In this document: positions 7,875 through 17,807 of the stretch, one piece after another | How the letters are laid out: the number at the start of each line of letters is the position of its first letter | How positions within the stretch are numbered: the first letter of the stretch is position 1 | Origin: a virus | Virus record (IMG/VR): IMGVR_UViG_3300021963_000090 | Span: 14,282-78,281 of that record | DNA: 64,000 nt | Reading direction: 5' to 3' (one strand) | Translations under genes and position numbers: made by a program | The notes under the pieces: generated by a model | Seen by the model: only the letters and a program-made list of their open reading frames with translations | Databases searched by the model: none | Told to the model about the DNA's origin: nothing

Positions 7875-10357
7875 TTGTATTGGCTTATTCCTGAGTATGA
7901 TCCAGTTAATCCCGCCGAGTTTGTTGCGGCAACTGATGCGGCATAATATAAAGAAGCATTTGGAGACGTATAAGTATAACTTGTTCCGCTTCCAAGCGAT
8001 AATGTGGTTAATAGGTACGATCCCGTACCAGCACTACTCGTAGCTTCATATATTCTCATTGTATATCCAGTAATTGTTGCTGCTCCTCCACCAGTTACTG
8101 TTCCAGCACTAGGAGCAGACCATGAAAACGGATATGATGTTCCGCTAGTCCAACCATTTGTTGGTGTTCCAGGAGTTCCTGGAGCAGTTGCTGGAGATCC
8201 AGCAGAAGCAGTAATTGTATTTGAAGATTGAACTGTTCCAGATGTTCCACCACTATTTGAAGCGGTTGCAAATGCTCTAAATATATTGACTGGAGATATC
8301 GCATCACTTGATGTAATTGTATAAGTTGTTGAGCTTCCACCTCCGCTAGAAGCAACTCGACTACTTGAGGAGGTTGGAATATTTGGGGATAAAGCTGTTG
8401 TGATGTAAACATCATATGAAGTTGGGCTATTTGACCACCCACTTGTTGATGCTGTAATTACGCTTCCTGGAGTATTGTTTCCAGACAAAAATACGGATCC
8501 GCCAGATGGTGGATTTACGACAGCAAGTCTTGTTCCAGAATTTGGTCCACCCCATTCAGATTTAGTCCCAGATGGATCTCCAGATCTATAAGCCTGAACA
8601 TAATAATCTCTAGTCACTCCAGAACCAATAGCTGTGTCTAAATAAGAAGTTCCAGTAATTAAAGTTGTATTTCTATTTCCTCCAAAGTCTGCTAATGAAT
8701 CGTAGCTTGGCGCTGGTCCATACCAAACTCCATAATATGCAGCCCCAGATACTGCTGTCCATGTAACGTTTACTCCATCAGTTCTAGTATCTGTAGCATT
8801 TACATTTGTTGGAGTTGCGAGTTTAGTCAATGCAGCAGTAACAACAATAGAATTTGAATTTGCTGTTTGAGACCCAACTCCATTATTCCAAGTTACCTCT
8901 GCTCTGATTGCATATCCTACTGAAGAATAAGCCACAATTGGCGAATCAATTGTATATGTAGTTCCACCAGTTTGTAATACACTTCCTCCAGTAAAAGAAT
9001 TTCCTCCAGTTCCACCATCTGCTCTTCTCCAAATAATACTGGTTATACTTGCTGATGGAGCAGCCGTTGTTGGACTATTTGCGGTTAATGTTAATGTGCT
9101 TCCAGTAGTACTAGATCCAGAAATTGAAGATGTTGCTCCAGATGGAGATTGGAATGTATAAAATGGTCTTGGGGTTATATCAGAATATGAACTATATGTT
9201 CCAGCAGTTGCTGTTCCAAAACTAAATGTAGTAGGTATATTTTCACTTGAGGATCTTACCCAAAAATAATAAGTATTATTATTTGCAAAAGCAAAAGCCT
9301 CGCTAATACTGCTGCTACTAGTATTAGAAGCAGCATCATAATTAGGAGTTACTGGAAGCGTTTGAACTCCAGTCCAATATAATTGATAATATGGTCCAGA
9401 TCCACCACTATGACTTAAGGTAACTAAAGTTTCTGTATCAGAATATCTTGATACAGATGCAACAGATACACTGGTAGGTGGAGTAAGACCAACAACTACT
9501 GTAGAAGTAGTTATAATTTTTGCTTGAACTCCAGTACTTAATCCAAGGTCGTAGTCAGATCCAGAGTTATATCTTGTTTCAACTACATATAAATAGTTAT
9601 TAAGGTCTGAGGATGTAGGAGTATATGTTGTTCCGCTACCAACATATGTTCCGCCAGATGTTGAATTAGATAAATTCCTATACCATTCTATAGTTGTTCT
9701 ATATGACTCTGCAGCATATCTATCTGTTTCATCCCATGTTGAAGAATAGGTTATTTGCGTACCAACTTGTGGACTATATGAGCTTAAAGATGTAGTTAGA
9801 TTTAATGGAGAACTTCGTACTATCTGAATTCCGCCATATTCAGTTCCTGATTCTGCATATCCATTATATGCGGTTCCACCAGAAGAATTTGCTTGAATGA
9901 AAAAACTTAAATATTTTCTATCATACGAAGCAGGAATACTTAAAGAGACTGCACCAGAATATGTAGCTAAAGATGTTTGTGAAAATAAATTTAAATCATT
10001 TATATCAGAACTTGAATATGCTCTCCATCTATATTGATATGAATTAATTGTCCAACCATTTGGATTCCATGTTCCATTTTTACCCCATACAGTAGTACCA
10101 ATTCTTCTAACTCCATCTACGCCATATAAAGGTGTTGTTGAGCCAGAGCTTGTAGTTATATAAGGAGATGTAATTGAAAATACGCCAGATAGTGGCCAAA
10201 CTCTTGTCCAACCAGAACTAAAATATACATAAACATTTTTTACTGCCGACCAAGCGGCTGAGGATGTTCCTGATGCAGTTTTTACAAATATGTTTAAAGC
10301 TTTTTTCCAGGTTGTAGAAGAAGTTCCTGTTGTATTCTTTACGTATATATCTGACAT
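7871..10357 (-). CDS. Tail fibre/adhesin with tandem Ig-like/FN3 domains
   Basis: Ser/Thr/Gly-rich; repeated YQYRW, TYTxTSSD and FN3-like W..P..Y..V.A.N motifs. Confidence 0.75.
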   Translation of the reverse strand: MSDIYVKNTTGTSSTTWKKALNIFVKTASGTSSAAWSAVKNVYVYFSSGWTRVWPLSGVFSITSPYITTSSGSTTPLYGVDGVRRIGTTVWGKNGTWNPNGWTINSYQYRWRAYSSSDINDLNLFSQTSLATYSGAVSLSIPASYDRKYLSFFIQANSSGGTAYNGYAESGTEYGGIQIVRSSPLNLTTSLSSYSPQVGTQITYSSTWDETDRYAAESYRTTIEWYRNLSNSTSGGTYVGSGTTYTPTSSDLNNYLYVVETRYNSGSDYDLGLSTGVQAKIITTSTVVVGLTPPTSVSVASVSRYSDTETLVTLSHSGGSGPYYQLYWTGVQTLPVTPNYDAASNTSSSSISEAFAFANNNTYYFWVRSSSENIPTTFSFGTATAGTYSSYSDITPRPFYTFQSPSGATSSISGSSTTGSTLTLTANSPTTAAPSASITSIIWRRADGGTGGNSFTGGSVLQTGGTTYTIDSPIVAYSSVGYAIRAEVTWNNGVGSQTANSNSIVVTAALTKLATPTNVNATDTRTDGVNVTWTAVSGAAYYGVWYGPAPSYDSLADFGGNRNTTLITGTSYLDTAIGSGVTRDYYVQAYRSGDPSGTKSEWGGPNSGTRLAVVNPPSGGSVFLSGNNTPGSVITASTSGWSNSPTSYDVYITTALSPNIPTSSSSRVASSGGGSSTTYTITSSDAISPVNIFRAFATASNSGGTSGTVQSSNTITASAGSPATAPGTPGTPTNGWTSGTSYPFSWSAPSAGTVTGGGAATITGYTMRIYEATSSAGTGSYLLTTLSLGSGTSYTYTSPNASLYYAASVAATNSAGLTGSYSGISQYK

Positions 10358-10366
10358 ATTGTCCTA

Positions 10367-12244
10367 CTAGTATTGTATCCAGATATCACCAATGTAGTAA
10401 CCAGAACCACTTGGAGTATTAACAGAAGCTATAGTATTCCTAAATTGTCTTAATGATAATGTACCGTTAGAATTTGAATTTACTGGACCATCAAAGTAGG
10501 CTTCTCCTGTATAGCTAAGCGTTAATGTTTTACTACTTAATCCTGTACTTCCAGTCCAGCCAAGTGATACGGTTGTTGGAGCTAAAGATAAATATGCTGA
10601 ATTTGTAGGATATCCGAAACTTTCTCTAGTGTTACCTTGTCTAAGAATTACTTCATTACCAGAGTTAAATCCATATAATTGTCCAGTAACTGTTCCATCT
10701 CCATTAACAACTTCAAGAGAGTAGCTTGAAGAATTTAATCTAACTGCTCCAAAAACTCCTGCACTACCTGTTGTTACTACAGCTCCAGTAATAATTCCTC
10801 CGCTAATTGTTGCACTAGATGTAATATTTCCATTAAATGTTCCGCTACTAAATATAGCATCTGTTGCAGTCATATTACCATCCATGTCTACACGGAATTT
10901 AAAATTGCTTGTTGTTCCTGCACGGATTCCGTCTATTGGATCTATTTTAATAACTTTAATACCAGACTCAGAAGAGTCAGAAGCGCTTTGTCTTATTTCA
11001 AATTTTGGACTTACTGGATCTAATTCTATTTTAGGATATGCTACTGCTGAACTCTTAAATGCGCTTTCATTAATTATCCATCCACCAATTGTTCCAGATA
11101 AAGCAGTTACTGAACCACTAATAACAGAAAACTGATTATTGCTTGTATATAAATCTCCAGTAAATGATCCTGATGTTGCTGTAACTTTACCAGTTATTTC
11201 AAGGCCGCCGCTCAATGGAGCTTTAAGAACAGGATCTCCAACAGAATTATAAATATGAAGACCAGCTAAAACAGAACCTACTACAGCACTAGATATTTCA
11301 ACTCTTGCAGAGCTAGCAGTTCCTGCACGAATAAACGATGTAGCATTAATATCTCCAGCTTTTAAATTTCCAACCGTAAGAACGTCTGAGGCAAGCTTGG
11401 ATATTACAACTGCACCGTCATTAATATCTGCATCTGTTGCTTTGCCTGGGCCTAGTAGTTGGCTTGTTACGTTAGCCTGTATTGTTCCTACAGCTCCGCT
11501 TTTATTTACCGCAGCAGCATGTATATATACTGGCTGACCATAAACAACATATGTTCCTAAAGGAACAACAATTGTATTCTTAACATTGTTTCCAGTTAAA
11601 ACACCAACCTGCTCGTACGTTCCAGGAGTTGCTGATGCAGAATTTCCAGCATATATATTAATAGCTTCAAATCCAGTAAATGTGGAATTTGCATATGTGC
11701 CAGCCCAACTAACTTCAATTCCAGCAAGAATTCTTTTAGAAGAAAACCCATTAGGGTTTGTTGGATCTTGAACAGTTTCTCCAGCATCTGATATTGTAAT
11801 TGTATGAGTTGTTCCTACAGTACTTGTTACTCCAGAAATTGATGTTGCTCTTAATTGAACAATATATGTTCCAGCTGGTGCAGCAATAGTTGCTTTACCT
11901 GCAGCAAGAAATGTGTATGCGACTTTACCTAATCCAAATATTCCGTTTGTTACAATTACATCTACTTTTCTAGCCCCTGCAGGAAATGTAGGAAGTTCTA
12001 CTGGAATACTTCCAGTAGCGGTAGATGGAACAATTGTTCCAGTAGGAACTCCTGGAGAAGTTTCGTTTGATGTTGTAACAAAATATCCTGGGGACCAGTC
12101 GCTTAACTGTCCATCAGAATACACCCACTGAAATTTAATTGCATATGTTTTATTAATCTTTAAGCCAGTAGCTTTAAAATTAAAGTAATTTTTATCAGTA
12201 TCAGGCTGAGGAGTAGCCTGTAAATCTTTTGGTGTATCTGCCAT
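10367..12244 (-). CDS. Minor tail protein / central fibre
   Basis: FN3-like N-terminus, SGTIGGWII and F.VDMDG beta-repeats, C-terminal GDIWIQY. Confidence 0.7.
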   Translation of the reverse strand: MADTPKDLQATPQPDTDKNYFNFKATGLKINKTYAIKFQWVYSDGQLSDWSPGYFVTTSNETSPGVPTGTIVPSTATGSIPVELPTFPAGARKVDVIVTNGIFGLGKVAYTFLAAGKATIAAPAGTYIVQLRATSISGVTSTVGTTHTITISDAGETVQDPTNPNGFSSKRILAGIEVSWAGTYANSTFTGFEAINIYAGNSASATPGTYEQVGVLTGNNVKNTIVVPLGTYVVYGQPVYIHAAAVNKSGAVGTIQANVTSQLLGPGKATDADINDGAVVISKLASDVLTVGNLKAGDINATSFIRAGTASSARVEISSAVVGSVLAGLHIYNSVGDPVLKAPLSGGLEITGKVTATSGSFTGDLYTSNNQFSVISGSVTALSGTIGGWIINESAFKSSAVAYPKIELDPVSPKFEIRQSASDSSESGIKVIKIDPIDGIRAGTTSNFKFRVDMDGNMTATDAIFSSGTFNGNITSSATISGGIITGAVVTTGSAGVFGAVRLNSSSYSLEVVNGDGTVTGQLYGFNSGNEVILRQGNTRESFGYPTNSAYLSLAPTTVSLGWTGSTGLSSKTLTLSYTGEAYFDGPVNSNSNGTLSLRQFRNTIASVNTPSGSGYYIGDIWIQY

Positions 12245-13158
12245 TAGAATCCTAACTGCAACTTATATTCTATGTCTACCTGTCTGCCAGAGGTCTTATA
12301 AATAATATCTCCTCCAGTCAAAACTGATCTGCTAATCATTCCATATGTTGGATCAAAAGTGTCTTCATCATTAATTCTTAGTCCATCAAAATATACTTTA
12401 GTAGTGCCACCAGCACCTGCTGTAACTTCAACACCAACACTTATAATGTTTGCAAAATCTGGTGGTGTTGTTGAAGTATTTGAAAGTAAAGATGAAAAAC
12501 TAACCGACTGAATCTTATCACCTGTGCCAGATGATGGGGTAAAGTCTGCATAGCAATATTGTGTTTCAGAGCTATAAAATTTTACTTGAATCTTTGAAAC
12601 ATTATTGTCATCTTTTTTGTATGCAATTGCTAAACTATCATTTATGCTATATCCAGATAGATCTAATTGATTTAATGATAGCTTATATTCTTTAGATGTT
12701 GAGGCTGGAGCCTGAATGTAAACCATATTCTCACCAATTTTTGAAGTGAAAATATCTGTATTAACTTGAATTCCTGGGTTTCCGCCAATAGAATCTGTCC
12801 ACAAAATATTATTTTCAAATAAGCTTATAGACCTATCGTCAAAGTTATTCTTTGAAGATCTTGATCCTGGGTATAAAGCAATCTCTGTAGCAACTCCAGC
12901 AACATCTTGTGGAATAGTTGCCTGATATACAGCCTTGTATGAAAAAATTGGATCTCCGTCTATATCTGTTCCAGTCTGCTCAATATCTATGCTACTAATT
13001 GTTGCTGGTAATCTATAGAACTCAAAATCTAGCCTGGTGTCATTTCCTTTAGCATTTGGAGTAGTGCTTCCTATTCCTAACGCTATTTCTTTTTTAGAAA
13101 AATCTGCATTGCCAGCCAAGTAATTTATTAAAAATCTTTTCCCAAACTTAGTTATCAT
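12244..13158 (-). CDS. Tail tip/baseplate structural protein
   Basis: MITKFGKRFL..IALGIG...LDFEFYR N-terminus like phage fibre/baseplate anchor proteins; located in tail module. Confidence 0.6.
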   Translation of the reverse strand: MITKFGKRFLINYLAGNADFSKKEIALGIGSTTPNAKGNDTRLDFEFYRLPATISSIDIEQTGTDIDGDPIFSYKAVYQATIPQDVAGVATEIALYPGSRSSKNNFDDRSISLFENNILWTDSIGGNPGIQVNTDIFTSKIGENMVYIQAPASTSKEYKLSLNQLDLSGYSINDSLAIAYKKDDNNVSKIQVKFYSSETQYCYADFTPSSGTGDKIQSVSFSSLLSNTSTTPPDFANIISVGVEVTAGAGGTTKVYFDGLRINDEDTFDPTYGMISRSVLTGGDIIYKTSGRQVDIEYKLQLGF

Positions 13159-13571
13159 ACTAACTCCACTCTCGCATTCATTCCTTTTAAAGTTTCCCCG
13201 CTAGAATTTTTAATTTTAAACACCAATGTAACGCTTGGATTTCCAGCTGCATCATACACTACAGTATTTGAAACAATTGATATATCTGACAAAGAAGGAA
13301 TCCCTCTAATTCTTGCACTACTTGACGAATCTTCTGAATCTTCAGAAGATTTAGTAAATTCAGATGATTCCACAACAAGGGCGTCGTCTGGAGAAATATC
13401 TTCTGTATCAGAATCTGCTGTGCTTAAATATAATGGAGATAAAGAGTTTCCTTGAATATAACTGACAAGGGACGGGTCCATGTCTGTAGCCTCTGGGGAA
13501 TTGGTGTATAACGCAATTCTACCGCTAGAGGTTACTCCAGTTTTAGATATTCTTATTTTATCTGTAGCCAT
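13155..13571 (-). CDS. Hypothetical tail-module protein (probable leaderless start)
   Basis: ATG at 13571 sits 6 nt after TGGTATAAT. Confidence 0.65.
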   Translation of the reverse strand: MATDKIRISKTGVTSSGRIALYTNSPEATDMDPSLVSYIQGNSLSPLYLSTADSDTEDISPDDALVVESSEFTKSSEDSEDSSSSARIRGIPSLSDISIVSNTVVYDAAGNPSVTLVFKIKNSSGETLKGMNARVELV

Positions 13572-13591
13572 ATTTAGATTATACCATTTGG

Positions 13592-15436
13592 TCAACTATA
13601 AATTGATCTAGCTGTAATGGATGTAGAGACCCCCTCTTCAAATTGAGTATTTACGTCTGTTACTAAAAACTTTTGTGTTCCGTCTAAATTATTCTTTGGA
13701 TAATTAATTGTAATTATATCTCCAACCTCTATGGCTGGGTTCCCAAATATATCCATATTAACAGATTGTTGTTGCTTTGACCATTGATTTTTTATCCATG
13801 TAAACAAAGACTTTGCGTCAGACTCTGACTGGATCCATGTTGATTGAAATGTTGCTGGCTCTAGAACCGTGTATTCGTTTGTCGTAGTTTCAGTATATTC
13901 GTGTTGACCATTTTCTGAAACATAAGTTCCTTCTACAAAGAAGTTGTGAGCCTCTGCCTGTAATGGGATAAACGTTCCAGCATTATTTAACACATATATC
14001 TCTGCGCCATGATTAGTAAATCGTGAACCTAGAACGCTTGCATACCTATTAACACCAGTACTTGCATATAATGGAAGTGCTGCTGGCAATGAAAAGTTGA
14101 CCTTTACCTTTCTAAGCTCTCTGGCAACCGTACCAAATTCTTCAAGCCATCCAACTTTAGATGAAGGAGAATTAAAATTAGAAGCAATTTTCTCTCCGTA
14201 TAAGAAATCTATTGTGGAAGAAGCATACTGTCCGCTATACAAGCTTCTTGAAATACCGTTATTTGTTTGATTAGACTCTAAAGGAATTGCATACACATAA
14301 TCAAACTTAGTTATATTTAAAGCAGAGAACATTGCAAAGTTTGACGTTGGAGATATTAATTGTTCTAGTGGATTTGTGGTTCCAGGAGTAGCAACATCAG
14401 CTGCACTAATTTTAAAATTATTAATATAAACATCAATAACGGTGGTAGATGCTGTAATCTCAACATTAACATCTAATTTATACTGTGTAGAATGTATGAC
14501 TCCGCCATAAAGCTTTCCGCTTTCTCCGTCCTGACTATCTGGCAATAGCTTCTTTTTACCATTGACTACTTTGTATATTTTTATAGACTTGTCTCTAGTG
14601 TCTTTATTACTTGAATCAGTTTGAATTTCAATAAAATACCCAGTAGTTCCTATTGAATTTGTAAAAAATCCTATGCCGCCTCCAGATAATGGGTTTATAG
14701 TTGAGCTTTCAAAAAATATTCCTGCGCCAAAAGCATACTTCTTGTACGCAGTAGATATGTTAGTATCTTTAGTAACCAGTGCGTATTTTTCCCTATCCTT
14801 GTACTTGTTAGACAATATAAATACGGATCTGTTTACTTCTCTATTACCAGAAACAGCATAAGAAGAACCTGTTGGTAAAACAGACATTGTGGAGTTTGCG
14901 TCTCCACTATCACCTAAAGCATTTGATAAATCGCCTTGTGCTGCTAAAAGAGCAGCGTATTCGTCTGCTAAAATTTTTGCAAGCTTGGCCTTATCTAAAG
15001 CATCTGTTTCTGCAGTTGTAGTTGAAGGAGTTGTTGTTGAACTGGTTGTAGAAGTAACTCCTCCAACATTTGCAGCTTTAGGCATAGTAAAAGATTCATA
15101 TGCATATTCTCCATAAGTGCCAGTTCCTCCTGTGCCACTGTGTGCCCTCATTCTTAAATAATATTTCATTCCAGGAAGCAGCCCAGTCAAAAAGATAATG
15201 CCGTCTGTATCTGTAAAAGGTCTATGATCAATAGCGCTGAATCCGCTAAAATTTGGTTCGGTAGATGCTGTTCCAGAATAGCTTCCTGGCGTAGTTATTG
15301 TAGGCCCTGCTACAATTGTTGCTTCTGTTGGGGATGTTATAATTACAGAAACAAAGGAAAGGTTATAGTTTGCGGGAACTTCAACTGTTGGCTCAGTGTA
15401 TCCCCCATTAATCGTATACCATTCATAATATCTCAT
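13592..15436 (-). CDS. Tail tip/hub protein
   Basis: C-terminal GNPAIEVGDII..F.V motif typical of siphophage hub/Tal proteins; start placed at the ATGA overlap (15436). Confidence 0.65.
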   Translation of the reverse strand: MRYYEWYTINGGYTEPTVEVPANYNLSFVSVIITSPTEATIVAGPTITTPGSYSGTASTEPNFSGFSAIDHRPFTDTDGIIFLTGLLPGMKYYLRMRAHSGTGGTGTYGEYAYESFTMPKAANVGGVTSTTSSTTTPSTTTAETDALDKAKLAKILADEYAALLAAQGDLSNALGDSGDANSTMSVLPTGSSYAVSGNREVNRSVFILSNKYKDREKYALVTKDTNISTAYKKYAFGAGIFFESSTINPLSGGGIGFFTNSIGTTGYFIEIQTDSSNKDTRDKSIKIYKVVNGKKKLLPDSQDGESGKLYGGVIHSTQYKLDVNVEITASTTVIDVYINNFKISAADVATPGTTNPLEQLISPTSNFAMFSALNITKFDYVYAIPLESNQTNNGISRSLYSGQYASSTIDFLYGEKIASNFNSPSSKVGWLEEFGTVARELRKVKVNFSLPAALPLYASTGVNRYASVLGSRFTNHGAEIYVLNNAGTFIPLQAEAHNFFVEGTYVSENGQHEYTETTTNEYTVLEPATFQSTWIQSESDAKSLFTWIKNQWSKQQQSVNMDIFGNPAIEVGDIITINYPKNNLDGTQKFLVTDVNTQFEEGVSTSITARSIYS

Positions 15437-17337
15437 ACCCAGGTCACGTCGTATCCGCTCCATGAATCAATTATGTTTTGAGCAGCAGCATAATGTGTTT
15501 CTACTCTAGTGTTTAGAGCTCCTCTAGTTTTAATTCTATATTTACCGCTTGGGGCAAGGGCTCCGCCTTGAATGGCTAAACCTAAATATTTATTATTGTC
15601 TGTTTTACTTTTTAAGTCAACAAATTGTTTTGTTCCATTAAGATCAACATACTCAAATTGCACTGCATCGTATTCAATAATTTCAGAACCGATAACTAAA
15701 TACCCTGAATAGTTATAAAGAGTTAGCCCTAACTCCTCTGGGTTTACAACTGAAGGAGATAGGTTAATATATCCTCCTGGTCCAGTTGTTGATAGTAGGT
15801 CGTTGTTGAGAGCCATAGCTCCTAGAAAGTATGGGTCAGACTTCCATATATCTTGTGCGCTTTGAACATAGTTTGATGTTGATACGCTATTCCAAAATAC
15901 TTTGACCTGGTTTGCTGAAGGCAAATCATTTTTATTAAAACTTAATATATTAGAAAGATTTGATTCAGAGCTCTCGCTTCTAAACGACCAGCTTGTTGTT
16001 CTTGTAGAATCAAATATCCAATTTCTACTATAGAATTGCAATACGTTATTATATGAAAACACTGCAGTCATTTGAGTATCACGGCATAACTCCTGCAAAC
16101 AATCCCATACGGTCTTTGTATTATCGCTCCACCAGTATCTTGGAGTAATAATAGAATCATCACTTGTCTTTATATTAATTTTATAATTTGTAAATCCTAT
16201 AGAATCTAGCAACCTTCTAATGATAGCAGTAATAGAATAGTTTTCGCAGAATAAAGGAGGAGCCATTGTTTCCTGCAATATCTTTGCACCATCTAATGCG
16301 GTTAATGATATTTCCCCATATTCTGAAAAGGACCATGTGTCTGCATAGAAAACTCCCTGCAGTATATTATCATAGCTACCCATAGAATCAGATAGAGCTC
16401 CGCCAGAATTATAAAGTTTTATAAATGGCTTTATTTCCATTTGTTTGTATAAATAAATCTTTGATGAATCTAAGGTAAATGTTTTATCATAACTTACAAG
16501 TTTTCTCGTGGACTCATAAGAAATCAAGCTGATGCCTAAAGAGTTTGCAGAAACTTTTCCAACTGGCATCAGTTCCTCAGAGCTTGTCGATGACTCTTTA
16601 GATATATCAAATGATACTAAATGCTCTGTCGCATCAACAACCCATTTAGGAGACAGTTCAATTAGCCCGACGTATTTGCCAGAAACTCCAGATGAAGTTA
16701 TTTTTAAACTTGTAAGGCTTACTGGAGAGGCTGGTGTAGATGGCTCTGTCGTGCTCCAAGATGTTCCATTGTAATATATTGTTACTGTTCCTGCATCATA
16801 ATTCTTATCTCCATTGGTTGTAAATGGAACAATTGCAGAACTTGATCCTGTAGCCAACTGAGATCCATTGCCAAATATAGTCCATGTGCTGGGGGTAGAA
16901 TGTGATAATTCAAATCTAGCAACTATCTTATTAGTTAAAATTGTTTTAGGATAGTTTATAGTAACATCTATTCCAGTATTTAATGCTGATATATAATACT
17001 TATAAGTAGTATCTACTCCAGGGTAATATATTCTAAAGTTTGGAATATAATCGATAGATCTAGGATTCTTCCATCCGCTATCAACATCTCCAGATATAGC
17101 ATATTTTAATCCCGCCCCTTGTGGTCTAAATGGCTTAATAATAGAATCTACTGGGAATAATTTTTTAAATGGAGTATATGTTTGTCCAGATGAATCTGTC
17201 TTTGTTATATCCGCCCCAGATACCGTAATATTATCAACCATTGAATTCATATTATACTCAAATCTAAGGGATGTACCCATAGAGACTGATGTATTTTGTT
17301 CTAAGGTATTCTTAGCGGCAGTAGTTAAAGGATACAT
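15433..17337 (-). CDS. Minor tail (hub/baseplate) protein
   Basis: Follows the distal tail protein; TVWDCLQELC...FSYNNVLQF pattern. Confidence 0.65.
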   Translation of the reverse strand: MYPLTTAAKNTLEQNTSVSMGTSLRFEYNMNSMVDNITVSGADITKTDSSGQTYTPFKKLFPVDSIIKPFRPQGAGLKYAISGDVDSGWKNPRSIDYIPNFRIYYPGVDTTYKYYISALNTGIDVTINYPKTILTNKIVARFELSHSTPSTWTIFGNGSQLATGSSSAIVPFTTNGDKNYDAGTVTIYYNGTSWSTTEPSTPASPVSLTSLKITSSGVSGKYVGLIELSPKWVVDATEHLVSFDISKESSTSSEELMPVGKVSANSLGISLISYESTRKLVSYDKTFTLDSSKIYLYKQMEIKPFIKLYNSGGALSDSMGSYDNILQGVFYADTWSFSEYGEISLTALDGAKILQETMAPPLFCENYSITAIIRRLLDSIGFTNYKINIKTSDDSIITPRYWWSDNTKTVWDCLQELCRDTQMTAVFSYNNVLQFYSRNWIFDSTRTTSWSFRSESSESNLSNILSFNKNDLPSANQVKVFWNSVSTSNYVQSAQDIWKSDPYFLGAMALNNDLLSTTGPGGYINLSPSVVNPEELGLTLYNYSGYLVIGSEIIEYDAVQFEYVDLNGTKQFVDLKSKTDNNKYLGLAIQGGALAPSGKYRIKTRGALNTRVETHYAAAQNIIDSWSGYDVTWV

Positions 17338-17807
17338 TAGACCTCATCCAGTGATAGGGACACGTTCCAATGTGGCTGCAAACCTCTTTTAACAACCGTA
17401 AAATTACATGATGAGATGATTACTGTATAGGCCTCAAAACCCGTTGTAGACTGATCTGAGCCTGTTTTAGCCAGGTTCACCCTTATGTTAAAGCTCTGCT
17501 TGCCTTCGTCCCCATAATAGAAAGATCTAAGGTCTTCTGCTCCCCATCCACCGTCCACAGTCAATGTTCTATAAGATGGCAACATGTCCCAAGAAAGCTG
17601 AAATTTTCTTTTATCAGCAATGTGGTTTTTTCTTAATGTACCGTTAGATGTTCTAACAATTTTTTCAATTCTTTCAGTGCCGAGCTCAAGGGCACTTCTA
17701 TTATGCTCAGTTACTTTATTCCAAGTTTTTGTTGTGCCAGCAGGGGAGGCTAAAAGATCTTTAGCTTCAATATAAAGGATAGAACCTCTAGGCAAAAACA
17801 TTGACAT
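17337..17807 (-). CDS. Distal tail protein (Dit-like)
   Basis: 156 aa directly after tape measure; KRKFQLSW...WNVSLSLDEV. Confidence 0.6.
   Translation of the reverse strand: MSMFLPRGSILYIEAKDLLASPAGTTKTWNKVTEHNRSALELGTERIEKIVRTSNGTLRKNHIADKRKFQLSWDMLPSYRTLTVDGGWGAEDLRSFYYGDEGKQSFNIRVNLAKTGSDQSTTGFEAYTVIISSCNFTVVKRGLQPHWNVSLSLDEV

Noticed and set aside
13592-17337. Frameshifted single tail gene or intron between the two ~630-aa ORFs
   Set aside because: Junction is a normal ATGA stop/start overlap at 15433-15436; no slippery site or intron features seen.
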